The notes: generated by a model not told the origin, from the sequence alone. 64,000 nt of DNA from Chrysomallon squamiferum (GCA_012295275.1 CM022667.1:6696001-6760000); one strand, 5' to 3'. Shown: positions 13,812 to 35,075, counted from the stretch's first letter. Made by a program: numbers and translations.

Positions 13812-16141
13812 GAATAATAATAATAATAATGAAAAAATCTAGTCCAGTTTTTGGACATTGAGGATTGATCCAGCCATCCTTCATGTCACAAAATTTATTT
13901 TAAAATTATAGCTTTATGTTGAAATTATTTATTTTTTTTTTATTTTTTTTTTATTTTATTATAACTCTAGATAATCATACATTTTATTTTATTTTATTTT
14001 ATTTTATTTTATTTTATTTTATTTTTTTTTTTTATTTAATTAAATTTATTTTTTAAATTTATTTTTTTCGTATTTATATTTTATTTTTGTTTTTTAATTT
14101 TTTTTTTTTTATTTTTTTTTTTTTTTTGTATTTTAAAATATTAAATTTGTTGTTGTCTGAAAGTGGACAGATTCGAATATTTTCATCTGATGATCCACCT
14201 GATGATGATGATTCTTCTGACACAGAATTCTGTGGCCCATCAAGACCCCCCCTAGGTATGTATCCACATCACTGTACTTTGTACTCTACATTACAAGACA
14301 GGTAATGATAACATTGTCTTGAAAGGAAATAGCATCCATTAACCACAGACTTGTATATAAGTGTCATACTTTATTATCAGAAAACATTAGTTTACTAAAA
14401 TCAAATAAAAACTGTTTAGAAAAATGAAGTAAGAATTAAAGTTATTAGTTACAACCACATCATATACACTTTAGTGATTATTCTTTTTGTTGTATTTTTC
14501 TCTTTCAGTTGATCCAAATCCAGATACAAGTAATATAAATGTAAGTTAAAAACAGATTATGTCAAAAATTATATATTATATCTATTTGCAAACACATGAG
14601 AAAATAATTTTGCTATCATATGATGGAATGTTTGTTGTTTTGATTTTGTTTATGATGAATAACATTTATACTGTTCTTAGTTATTTTAGATACACTTTTT
14701 TCACTTAGTAATCTATCATCGTAACATGATGAAAAATATCAAAATATATATTAATTTATTTAAATGAAATAGATGATTAGAAATCAAAAACCAGAATGTA
14801 GTATGACAGGTGGAAATATTATCGTCAGTGACACAAATCTGAAGTTAAAATGTGAACAAATGTTTAAAAATTTTAAATATTTTTTTTTTTTTTTTTTTTT
14901 TCAAAGGTGAATGATATCAGCCAGTTAGTCATGATCCAATCAGGAAGAAGTTCAACAAGTTCACAGAAAAACATTCCCACAATTCCACATCTCATCAACA
15001 AGGTAAACATTATGGAATGTTTGATGATTTTATTATATTCATGAAAATTATAAAATTCCCTAGAGAATAATATTTATTTTTGAATAATGAATAAAAATTA
15101 ATGTGTATAATGTTTTGTTGAATGTGTTTTTGAATACTGAATAAAAATTAATGTGTATAATGTGTTGAATGTGTTTTTGAATACTGAATAAAAATGAGTT
15201 TATAACTGTTGTGTTGAATGTGTTTTTGAATACTGAATAAAAATGAGTTTATAACTGTTGTGTTGAATGTGTTTTTGAATACTGAATAAAAATGAGTTTA
15301 TAACTGTTGTGTTGAATGTGTTTTTAAATACTGAATAAAAATGAGTTTATAACTGTTGTGTTGAATGTGTTTTTGAATACTGAATAAAAATGAGTTTATA
15401 ACTGTTGTGTTGAATGTGTTTTTGAATACTGAATAAAAATGAGTTTATAACTGTTGTGTTGAATGTGTTTTTGAATACTGAATAAAAATGAGTTTATAAC
15501 TGTTGTGTTGAATGTGTTTTTGAATACTGAATAAAAATGAGTTTATAACTGTTGAGTGTGTTTTTCAATGTTCACAGCGAGAGATTGGGTTTAACAAACA
15601 GCAGCACTTCACACATGGAGACAGGTGTCGGATCAGCTCAAAGTGAGACTTTTCTTTTCATTACTTTATCTTTTTATATTTTAGTCTTATTAATTATTGA
15701 TTCATTTTGTTGTTTCTGTTTTGTTATTATTACTACTACTACTATCTTTATTTATGTTTTGGTTTTCTTGTTGTTTTAGACTTGTTCAGGTCTTTTAACT
15801 TTTTTTTTTTTTTTTTTTTTTTGGACATGAGCAAACTGTTTGTTTCTGTTTTTACTTGAATCTAGTGAAAGGTTGTTACAGATAAAAAGTAAATAAACAA
15901 GTATATTTTTTTGTTTCTTTATTTATTTATTTAAAAAAAAAAAGTATTATTATTAATTATTTTTAATATTATGATTATTAATTTTTTTATATATATATTT
16001 TTAAATTTTTTTTCAGGTTTTTGCCAAACAGGATGACTAAAGTGGCTTCCTATCATCAAAAAGCTTTTTGTGGAACTTACTCCTTGCAGGGTGACATTTT
16101 CTTAACTGCTTCACAAGGTAACTAAACGCTTCTAGTTATTT

Positions 16142-16199
<58 letters not shown>

Positions 16200-16470
16200 T
16201 AAAAAAAGAGAAAAAAAAGAAAGGCCAATATTTAATTTAAAAATATTTGAATCATATATTATATTGCTGTTATTATTACTAAAACTGTTGTTAGTTTTGT
16301 AATTTATTGTTACCATAGATCAGTATATCAGAATATACGACACAACTAATGAGCAGTTTCGACTCTTCAAGGCAATACGAGCCAGGGATGTAGGCTGGAG
16401 TGTGCTAGACACAGCATTCAGGTCAGTCTGTCTGTACATCCATGTGTCTGTCTGTCTTTTAAAATGAATA

Positions 16471-16503
<33 letters not shown>

Positions 16504-16801
16504 AAGCTTATAATCACTACAAACAAATGCCAGTAGAAGCAAACAAAGATTTATTTAATAATTGAAGTCTGTATTCAACCATATTTTTGCCAGTTTGTTA
16601 AACAGTTAGTTATTGAGTTATTTGTTTCCTATATGCCTTGGTATTTATTTATTTGTTTATTTGTTTGTTTATTTATTTATTTATTTAAATTTTATTTATT
16701 TATTTATTTATTTATTTTTCAGTCCTGATGGCAACTTTTTGATTTACTCCAGCTGGTCAGACAGTAGTAAGCGTTAAGTAGAGAATCTGTCTGTCTGTCT
16801 G

Positions 16802-16851
<50 letters not shown>

Positions 16852-16857
16852 TGTGTC

Positions 16858-16888
<31 letters not shown>

Positions 16889-19800
16889 TTTGTTATCATC
16901 AAATATTAGCTTTATATTTATTTTCTGTTTCTTATTATTATATCTAGTTTTCATAATTTAAACACATTAAGATAAAACTTCTTGGGAAAATGTAGTATTT
17001 TTAATCGTTTCATCTATGTGTTCTAGTACACGAATGTTATATTTACTTATTTACTTATTTACTTATTTATTTCAGCATGTAAAAAAATGTTACATCCTAT
17101 GTTTATTTTTTTAAGTGTTACAGAACATGAAAAGGGGTATTTAACGTGTATTTCAGTTCACCTGTGTAACATCTACGGAGAACAGGACATACACGAAGCT
17201 CTGCATCTTGTTCCAGGAGAACACAGCTTCTGTATCTTTTCTCTCATGTTCTCTTCCGACAACCGCGAAATCATTGGAGGGTGAATCTCTTTCTTCTGTC
17301 GCCTCTGTCTAAACCATTTCAATTTCCTTTTTGTCGCTAGATACTAGTATACCAGACTACTTTGTCTGAGAAACATACACGTTTATTTTATCTAGAGTTT
17401 ACTGTGTAAATTTATACTTATAAGTGACTGTGTGTGATTGATTGCCAGTGTATGTATTGATTGTTTTATTTTCTGTGTGTCTACGTATGTGTGTGTTTAT
17501 TTAAGGGTATGTATGTCTGTGTTTGTTTCTATGAAATTTAATTTTATTCTCTTACATAGTCATATATATCTATGGTATAGATAATAGTGTGTTTTTCAGT
17601 GATGTATGTAATAAATGAGTAAAGTGTTTATGTTTTTCAGTGATGTATGTAATAAGTAAAGTGTTTGTGTTTTTCAGTGATGTATGTAATAAATAAGTAA
17701 AGTGTTTGTGTTTTTCAGTGATGTATGTAATAAATAATGTGTAAAAATGAGTAAAGTTTTTGTTTTTTCAGTGATGTATGTAATAAAAATATGTAATATG
17801 TAATAAGTAAAGTGTTTGTGTTTTTCAGTGATGTATGTAATAAATAAGTAAAGTGTTTGTGTTTTTCAGTGATGTATGTAATAAATAAGTAAAGTGTTTG
17901 TGTTTTTCAGTGATGTATGTAATAAATAAGTAAAGTGTTTGTGTTTTTCAGAGCCAATGAACGCTACGTCTCTATTTGTTTTTTTTCAGAGAGATGTAAT
18001 GAAATAAATAAGAACACTGAGGGTATTTTTTATTTACCTCCTAGTTTACCTAGCATCTCACTTTATTCTTTTATTGAATGTTTACTAACTCATTCAGCTG
18101 TCTAAAATTCAGTGACTTTTGTCCCAGACACTCATTATAGCTTACCTTGTATCTCACTTTGTTATTTGTTTTTATTTTAATTATTAAAAAGAACAAAGTA
18201 AAATAACCCCAAAGCATATTCATTTTAACCACTTACCAAAATTCCTGACTTTTGTCACAAACATTTCATTGTTTTATATTTGTCCAGTTACCCGATACAA
18301 CTAGTTTGTTGTAATGTACCATGTTTATTTACATGATTATTGATACTGTACTGAGTGTATGATACAATGACTGTATTCTGTTTATTTATTTTAAACACGT
18401 TAGTTACTACAGTGATGATGTGTGTTGGTATAATGTATTTGTTTTAAACATGTTAGTGACTACAGTGATGATGTGTGTTGGTATAATGTATTTGTTTTAA
18501 ACATGTTAGTGACTACAGTGATGATGTGTGTTGGTATAATGTATTTGTTTTAAACATGTTAGTGACTACAGTGATGATGTGTGCTGGTATAAAGTATTTA
18601 AGCTTGATGTGTGTGATTTATTGTATTATAAAACTGTTGTAGATTGAGTGTCACGACGATGATGTCAATGCGGTGTCATTTGCTGACGACAGTTCACAGA
18701 TTCTCTTTAGTGGAGGAGATGATGGTCTTGTTAAGGTGAACAAACATCTGTCTGTCTTTCTGACTGTCTATCTGTCGGTCTGTCATTATTAAATTGCATA
18801 TTCTCTTGAGGTTCTGTGTACATATTACTTTAACAAACTTTTCTACTATTTTCTGTCTCTTTATCCATTTCTCTTTTTCGTTCTGTTGTTCTACCTCTGT
18901 TTCTTTCTTACCACTTTCTCTTTCTCCCTCTCTCTGTTTCTGTTTTTTTTCTTCAGTAAATTAAACCAAGTCTACACACACACATACACTTACAACAAAG
19001 AAAAACACAAGAAGTATCATTAAGTTCTTAAACTGACTGTAAAATGAAGTGGAAAAAAATCAAAGTATAATCAGATATTTTTAAATTTTCAGGTTTGGGA
19101 TCGAAGGACTCTGCAGGAGTCGAACCCAGTACCTGTAGGTGTGATGGCAGGTCACCATGATGGTGTCACCTTCATAGACTCCAAGGTGTTAATTCTCCCT
19201 TCTTTTCTCATTCCACTGCAAGACAGATATATATATATGTATTTGTATAGCAGAAAGAATAATCACCACAGTCCTAGACAAATATTCTCACTTGTAAAAA
19301 ATATATCTTGAAAAGAAACAAGATGATTTTTTTTCAGTATCTGTGTCTCTATTACTACTAACTCTATGAACTTGTCAGTAGGAATAGAAGTGAACTTTAA
19401 GTGCAAAAAAATACATTTCTGCATACCCAAATCTTCATAACAAATAGTTTTATTATTTTATCATTTTAGAAAGAAATGTTTTTACATAACATGTATATAA
19501 TTATGTTACTGCTTATATGGACTATTATGACTATTATTATTATTATTATTTTCTCTTTTTGTTTGTTTGTTACCTCTGTCTTTGAAGTTTGTTAGTATTT
19601 TTACTAATTTTTATTTTTTGTTGTTATTATTATTACCTCAATCTTTTATTACTTTTATCTTTCAAGATTGTTAGTTTTTTATCTATTATTTATTTCTGAC
19701 TCTCTCCAGTGTCAGTGTTTGTCATGTTGTGTTTTCTGATTCTCTCCGGTGTCAGTGTTTGTCATGTTGTGTTTTCTGATTCTCTCCGGTGTCAGTGTTT

Positions 19801-22254
19801 GTCATGTTGTGTTTTCTGATTCTCTCCGGTGTCAGTGTTTGTCATGTTGTGTTTTCTGACTCTCTCCGGTGTCAGTGTTTGTCATGTTGTGTTTTCTGAC
19901 TCTCTCCAGTGTCAGTATTTGTCATGTTGTGTTTTACAGAGGGATGCCAGGTATTTGGTGTCCAACTCGAAGGATCAAACTATCAAGTTGTGGGATGTGC
20001 GAACTTTCTCATCTAAAGATGCAATTGAGGTAAGCATATCTGTCTGTGTTACCTGTTACATATATTACCTGTGTAACATGTTCCATATATTACCTGTGCA
20101 ACCTGTGTGAAGAGGTTTAAAAACTGAAATAATAATTCACAACAATGTATTTGAGTGTCGCAAGTTGATCATGCTTGTATTTCACATACTAGCTGCTTTC
20201 TCTAAGAATGTCTACAGCATGATTGTATCTACTTTGAGTCATTGAGTATTGCTCAGTATTCACTAAAGAGTTTGTAGTCTACAGTTAATATAAATTAAAA
20301 CTGAACAACCATTTTCTTTTTTTTTTTTTTTTTTTTTTTTTTTCAGGCAACCAAAAAAGCCGTGTCCAATCAGAGATGGGATTACAGATGGCAACAGGTT
20401 CCTAAGAAAAGCAAGTTACACTTAATAGTGATAATAATAATAACAGCAACAGTAATAACCATAACATAATATATATTATATATATAATAAAAATAATAAA
20501 AAGATAATAGTAGTAGTAATAATAATAATATATTATGATGATTATGATGATAGATGTGCTTAAACACTGGCACAACAAGAGCAAGTGAAAAATTATAAAT
20601 ATTTTTTTCAAAATTCTCTTGTAAACAAAAATATGTTTATTTTTCACTAAAACAAACTAGAAATAGAAAAGAAAAGAGAAAATGAAATAAGTGAAAAAGT
20701 AAATGAACAAAATAAACGAGACTTGCATGTTGCAGTGACAAAAAGATCGAAGATGTCAGGTGACACCTCTGTAATGACATACAAAGGTCACTGTGTCCTG
20801 CACACATTGGTCAGATGTCGATTCTCCCCCCACTTCACCACTGGTCAGAGATACATCTACAGTGGCTGTGCCACAGGCAGCGTTGTCAGTACGTCTGTCC
20901 ATACGTCTAATATGTTTATTATCTGTCTTCTCCCAGTCTCATACTTTTATGTTTAATATCATCTTTATCAAAATAATGTCCACTTCTTTGTCTCTCCATC
21001 TCCCTGTCTATTTCTGTCAGTTAATTTTTGTGTTTATCTATCAATCCTTCTTTCTATCTATTTATTATCTTTCTCTCTATTAATTTATTTATATATGTTT
21101 GTTTATCCATTTACTTATCTATTTATGTTTGATAATTTGTTTATTGATTGATTTATTTACTTATTTATTTATTAATGTATTTACTTATTTATTTTCTTAC
21201 TTACTTACCGTTTATACTTGTGTATAAGTCGAATTTTTGGGAGACTATATTATGGTAATATTTTGGGGGTCGACTTATACATAGGTAATGCTTTTGTAGC
21301 TGTTGCTGAAGAGTCGCCATTTTGACTATTTTTTGCTACAGGATGCATCTAAAATAATCGCGGTCTTTCAGCTTTTCAAAAATATAATTTTATCTTATAA
21401 AAAATTTGGAAAAATAAAAAATAACAAAACCAAATATGAATGTAAAACATGATATTCTTCCGTTTAATGACATAAAAATACATTTTAAAGTGAGAAAACC
21501 ATCAGTACGGCATTATGCCTTACGGCGTCTTGCAATGATTTAGGCTATAGCTCGTGTAATACATGCATTTACGTTATTATGGTATGTTCGTGCAAGTTAT
21601 GTTACAGTAGGCGTACAATGTAGGCCTTCATGGCACTGTCGCACTAGTCTAAAAATAGTGACGGTGCCTGGAATCTACAGTCAACTTATACACAAGTAAT
21701 ACCTAAAATGACGCAATTTTTGGTCTTAAAATACACATCGGCTTATACATAAGGTCGCCTTGTACACAAGTATATATGGTATCTGTTTGTTTATTTATTG
21801 GTTGGTTTAGTTGTTTGTTTATTTATTTATTTATTTACTTACTTATTTGTTTGTTTGTGTGTGTGTTCAGTTTATGACCTGCTCACTGGTCAGGTGGTGA
21901 AGAAACTGGATGGACACAAGGCGTGTGTGAGAGACATCTCCTGGCACCCATTTGACAACATCCTGCTGAGCACCTCTGTGAGTACTCACCGTGTGTGCGT
22001 GTGACTAATATCTGTAGTTAATACATATATTTCATTCTAGTGGGATGGCAGTACAGTTGTGTGTGTGTGTGTGTTACTAATATATATATATATATTTTAA
22101 CATCTATATTTAATTCTAGTGGGATGGCAGTATTGGTAAGTGGGACTATGTGGAACAACAGAGAGGTGAGAAGGTTGATTCATGTCATGATTGTCACGAA
22201 GTCAGAAAACGACCTCGGCGTAAACTACGAAGTCATCATGTCTTGTTTGACTAA
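13268..22254 (+). CDS. DCAF11: DDB1- and CUL4-associated factor 11 (WDR23), WD40 substrate receptor
   Basis: Exons 13268-13392 (MGSNHS...DLPSILAYLIR), 14164-14255, 14509-14540, 14907-15002, 15578-15642, 16017-16117 (QKAFCGTYS), 16319-16421 (ARDVGWSVLD), 16723-16766, 17157-17280, 17952-18022 (corrupted), 18643-18735 (HDDDVNAVSFAD), 19093-19185, 19940-20029 (SNSKDQTIKLWD), 20347-20410 (WDYRWQQVP; GC donor), 20736-20888 (TYKGHCVLHTLVRCRFSP), 21871-21977, 22120-22254. Confidence 0.93.
13407..13628 (+). repeat. (TTAC)n microsatellite
   Basis: Direct inspection. Confidence 0.97.
15085..15560 (+). repeat. 49-bp minisatellite abutting a DCAF11 acceptor
   Basis: GTTGAATGTGTTTTTGAATACTGAATAAAAATGAGTTTATAACTGTTGT units. 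Confidence 0.95.
17588..17951 (+). repeat. 41-bp minisatellite containing acceptor-like TGTTTTTCAG
   Basis: GTGTTTGTGTTTTTCAGTGATGTATGTAATAAATAAGTAAA units ending at the true acceptor 17951. Confidence 0.93.
18390..18598 (+). repeat. 53-bp minisatellite, about 4 copies
   Basis: TTTTAAACATGTTAGTGACTACAGTGATGATGTGTGTTGGTATAATGTATTTG units. Confidence 0.92.
19694..19935 (+). repeat. 40-bp minisatellite abutting a DCAF11 acceptor
   Basis: TTCTGATTCTCTCCGGTGTCAGTGTTTGTCATGTTGTGTT, about 6 copies. Confidence 0.95.
21208..21779. mobile_element. Non-autonomous DNA transposon (pogo/Tigger-like MITE, Tc1-mariner superfamily) in a DCAF11 intron
   Basis: Imperfect TIRs CCGTTTATACTTGTGTATAAGTCGA ... 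TCGCCTTGTACACAAGTATATATGG, flanked by TA on both sides; subterminal CTTATAC repeats; no ORF. Confidence 0.8.
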
Positions 22255-23914
22255 CATTGTAACAACCAGGCAGTACTTACCACTCACTTTGTCTATTATA
22301 TGCAAACATAACAAAAATATTGAACTATGTTAATCTGCATCAGCACTGATGTCTGATGTTTTTACAACATGGACTGTGATGATGTTGTAACAGTGAACAG
22401 TGATGATGGTATTTTTACAACATGAATGGTGACGTTGTTGTAACCATGTGGATTATGGTGGTGATGTTCTTACAAAACATGGACATTGATGTTGTTATAA
22501 TGATGATGATGATGCTGATGCTGTTGTTGTTGTTGTTGTTGTTGTATAGATTTTTTTTAAAAGAATTGTGTATAATGCTTTGTGCTCGACAAGTTGAGAA
22601 TTACTGTCAATTTGTGATTTAATGAAAATATACAAAATAAAACAACCTTCAAACATACATAAATTTACCAAAATACAACAAATACATACTCTAATATGAA
22701 TGTGTCATGTATTAATGGTGTACATGTGTACACACACAAATACATACACTAACATGAATGTGTGTATGTATATAATAACATCTTGTAAGTAAACTATACT
22801 TATGTATATTCTTTTTGCCTGTAATTAGATTTAAAATTAAAAAAATAATTATATATTAAACCTGTGTATGGATGAGTTTCTCTCTGTGAGTGGGTGTGTA
22901 CACGTACGCACACACACTCTGACATGTACATACATACTTATAATTTTGTGTGTGCATACGATCACATTTTGTTTCTGTACAAAGGTGATTCTAAGAGAGA
23001 TTATGTATTGTTTTATTTAGTTGCACTAATCTGAAAACAAAATGTAGTGGTATTGTTTTTATTTAAAGGCTTTTGTTTTGGGGTTATTCACTGTACATAA
23101 GATGTAAAATAATTACTTTATAATTTAGTAACTGCCTCTGAAAAAAGAAAATAAACAAATAAATGAAAATGTTAAACTTTTAAAACAAGGATATAAAGAT
23201 TCATTAATACAAAAATATATATTTTGTATGGACATGGTTTTTGTTTGATATTAAATTGAAACTATAATACATTGGTATCTTGTTTTTACATAAACTTTGA
23301 AAGTGTACACTGTATGCAGCCATTAACTGTTGTTTCTCCTAATTACAATCCAAAAAGAAAAACACAAAAACTAAGAATAATAAATAAAACTTGATGAGAC
23401 TAACAGGGTATATTAATTAAAATGTAAACAGGACAAACTTGTTTTAATTTATTTTTTTAATATTATTTTAGTCCACTAAACATTCATTTTAAATTGCTCC
23501 CATTTTGTGCTGAAATAAACTGCATTGGAATTTTATTATCATTATTGTTATTATTATTGCTTCTTATGATGAACACAGTTTATCTGGAACAGAGCAACTA
23601 AAATTTGCCTCCAAGATTCATCAGTATTTGAAAAATCACGCACTTGATGCCAGAATCTAGTGTTTTTGTAGTAGTAGTGGTAATAGTATTTAAAATTATA
23701 GTACCAGTCACTTTTAGCATTAATTGTAATAATAGGGTTTTAATAGTAATAGTAATACTAATATTAGCAGTAAAAGCAGCAATAACAGTTGCAGTAGTGG
23801 TGGTGGTAGTAGTGGTAGATGTAAAAGTGTCACAGCTATGGTAATCGTTGTAGATGCTGATTTGTGCTTAATTATAGAGATTTCTCTTTAGCCTAACGAG
23901 GGCTAATTAAATAG

Positions 23915-24075
23915 TAGACAGGGGGGAGAATGTTGTATGGATTAAGACGAGGACAACATCGTGTCTGAAGTAGTGCAGACCAAGCAGGAGACATCAGTGC
24001 TGTCGTTGACTGAGTTCATTCTTGTAGTGAATAAACTTTGAATTTTGTTAGCACCTGATATTTACTTACCTGTCA
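23915..24075 (+). mobile_element. Possible LTR-retrotransposon remnant (polypurine tract plus start of an LTR)
   Basis: AGACAGGGGGGAGAA immediately followed by TGTTGTA at 23931, a GC-richer patch and an internal AATAAA; no second LTR or clear CA end seen. Confidence 0.35.
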
Positions 24076-24415
24076 AATGTTAGATAAATAAAAGTATTGG
24101 CACACACACACACATGCACACAGATACACAAGCATGCATGCACCTGTTTATTTTAACACACTATAAATACAGCATTTATTAGTTTACTCGTGCACAAAAA
24201 CGTAAACTTATAAAACGTGATAATGTATACAAATTATTCTGTATTAAAAGTATATACTTATTTATCACAAACCAAAACACCCCATTACTCACACTTCTGT
24301 AGAGGTATTAAATAAACAATAACAATAACAATAACAACAATAATAATAAAGTAAAAACGAAACTGGTCTGTAAAAAACATTGTATTCAGGTGGAGTAAAT
24401 CATGAAGCATTTAGT

Positions 24416-30825
<6,410 letters not shown>

Positions 30826-31352
30826 GGCGGACTCTTCTACAACACGTGTCCTCTGCCCTGCGAGATAAGCGCTTTGTGTAGGCGTGTAGCTTCACAGAAA
30901 GTTTTGTAAAAGAAGGCCAAAAAAGAAAGATAATTTTGAAAACAGAAACAAAAGTATGATGTATGTGTGTGTGTGAAAAATAAAGCAAAGAAAATAAAGT
31001 AAAAATTTTAAGTAAAAATAAAGCAATAGAAAGAAAGATAAAACAAAATTAAGATGAAAAAAAAAGAAAGGAAAGAAATGAAAGATGGAAAACAAAATTA
31101 TATTTTTTTATTTTATTTCAGATGGTTCCCTAAGATAAGGAATAAAATAAAGAAAACAGAAATGATTTTTATTAATTGCCTTCACCTAATAACTCACACA
31201 CGCACATACACTCATATATGGAGTTCCCAGATGGCCGACAAAATATTGGTAAAAAAAAATAAAACAAAAGGTGATTTGATTTAATTTTGAACTGGAAATA
31301 AAACAAAAGTCATGGTATCTATCTTATCTGTTGGTAGATACGAGGTGTCACG

Positions 31353-31464
31353 TGACTTCACTTTGACTATGACACATTTACTACAGAGCGCTGACTTCAC
31401 TTTGACTATGACACATTTACTACAGAGCGCTGACTTCACTTTGACTATGACACATTTACTACAG
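31353..31464 (+). repeat. 39-bp tandem triplication between the divergent ShK/VWC genes
   Basis: TGACTTCACTTTGACTATGACACATTTACTACAGAGCGC at 31353, 31392 and 31431 (last one partial). Confidence 0.92.
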
Positions 31465-31555
31465 ATTTTCTTCTTTATATTTACTGCCGTACACGGTACG
31501 TTTATTTACTGTTTTAATCTGTCTCGCTTTTCAGCTTCACTTTCTATCTCCTTCC

Positions 31556-32735
<1,180 letters not shown>

Positions 32736-33290
32736 ATATATAATGTTCAATGTTACTTCGTTAGTGTTTAATTGCTGCTTTAGATTCTAAAAGACGATTC
32801 TGAAAAAAAAAATTCATTTAAAAATTAACAAATAAAGTGTTGTCATTTAAGAACTATTTTGCTTTGATGAATATATTTATTTTTTTATTTTTTTTCTATA
32901 CACGAAAACGAAACCAATACAGTAGCTATTCTAACATAAAAAAAAAAAACCGTTATTTTCATATTAATTTTGTATTATTGCAGGATAAAAGAAATAACTG
33001 GTTATTGTGTTAAAATGTCAGCTTTATCCTGCGAAGGTTAAAATATCGAATGAAATAACCGTTTGACCTGAGCAGGATAACGCTGATAACGTACATGTGT
33101 GTTCATGTGTGTGTGTGTGCGTGTGAGTGAGTGTGTTTGTGTGTGTGAGTGTGCATGAGTGTATGTATGTATGTTTTTATGTGTGTGTTTGTATGTGTAT
33201 GTGTGTGTGTCTGTTTGTATATGTGTGTGTGTTTGTATGTGAGTGTGTGTGTTAAATGTTCTAAATTGTGTTTATTTAATATTTCTCCAG

Positions 33291-34212
33291 GACACACTGG
33301 TACACGACGTCAGACATGCGCAGATAAGATTAACAACTGCGACGCATACGGGTCCAGCGTCTGTATTCAGTTTCAGAAATGGGCGGAAGACAACTGTAAA
33401 AGATTTTGTAAACTCTGCCGTAAGTAAAATGTCCCAGTAAACTAATTATTATTAAAACTGTGAAACGAATGAGAGTGGAAAGATGTAAACTTTGTTGTTG
33501 TTCTTTGTCTCAAACAACTGGTGTATGCCTGAAAGTGTGTGATACGAGTTAAACCTTTCACTTTACAAAGTAACATGAATAATAACAACAACAACGACAA
33601 TAACACAGCAGCAACAACAACAACACAAAATTAATAATAATAATAACAACAACTAAAATAATAACATCAACTATAACATAACAACAATAATAATAATATC
33701 AACAGCAACAATAACAACAACAACAATAACAATAACGATAACAGTAATAATAAGAACAGCAACAGCAATAATAATAATGATCGACATTATAATACATTTA
33801 ATTCTTTTTTTTTTTATTATCTCAGTTATAACACAGACACACACACACGTGTGTGTGTGTGTGTGTATATATAGATATATATATTACTGCTGTAAAATAA
33901 AATTACTTCATTAAGATGGCGGTGGAACGGGAAACCCAGCTCCCAGTCAGGTGACCTGTGAAGACAAGGTAGACAACTGTCACCTGCTGGGATCGAACCT
34001 GTGCACTGCCTACGTGCAGTTCTCTCAGATCAACTGTAAAAAGACGTGCAACATGTGTGGTGTGTATTACACTGTTTTCCTCTCACAGCTCTCGTGTTGT
34101 TGAATGTCTGATTACTGCCTAGTTTAAACACACAGTAACTCTGATATCCCTAGCAACACACTTTTATATAAACTAAGTCCAAATTGTTTAACTTATGTAA
34201 CTGTGAACATAA

Positions 34213-34253
<41 letters not shown>

Positions 34254-34708
34254 GTACATACGTAATAAATTATCTATAAGTCATCGTCAAATGGTTATTA
34301 TTTCTATAACATCTGGTATAGTAATGATGTTCTTGATCTTACTTCATATGACGTAATCTTTCTGTTAACTATGACGTCATATACTTTTCATGTACAGGTA
34401 CACAGGTTTCTAATAACAACTGTCAGGACAGATTAACAAACTGTGCATTGTACGGACGGACGTCTTGCATGGCGCCTTATGAAAGCTGGGCCAAAGCAAA
34501 CTGTGCCAAATACTGCAACAAATGTTGTAAGTTCATTATGTCGGCTTTTTAATTGCTTTATTTTTTATTTTTGTTGTTATATTTTTTGAATTTATTTATA
34601 TAAAGTATATTTGCTATTCTGATTATTTTAAATTCTTTAACAAAAAGAACAAGAACAACAAAAAGTCTGCTATATCTAATTCAAGGCAGGTTTGTTATCT
34701 TATTACAT

Positions 34709-34793
<85 letters not shown>

Positions 34794-35075
34794 TATGTGA
34801 GGTGGAAAGTTATTCTTTATCTATTATTTCTCTCTCTCAGACACTTTGAAATCAGACACTTTTGTTTTAATCTATTTTATTTTATTTTATTTATTTATTT
34901 CAGCGAGTACGGCTGGGTCTATAACGGGACACAGTAAGTAAATGAAAACATTAGACAGGGAGACGTTTTAAAACGTAAATAAATGGATGCAGAAGTGTGA
35001 AACTGAACATGTTTTTTTTTAGAGTGTATTTGTGTGTGTGTCTGTGTGTGAGTGTGTGTGTGTGTTTGTGTGTGT

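Noticed and set aside
1316-22254. Functional cluster of ubiquitin-ligase genes (RANBP9 and DCAF11)
   Set aside because: Different E3 complexes; adjacency alone is no evidence of co-function.
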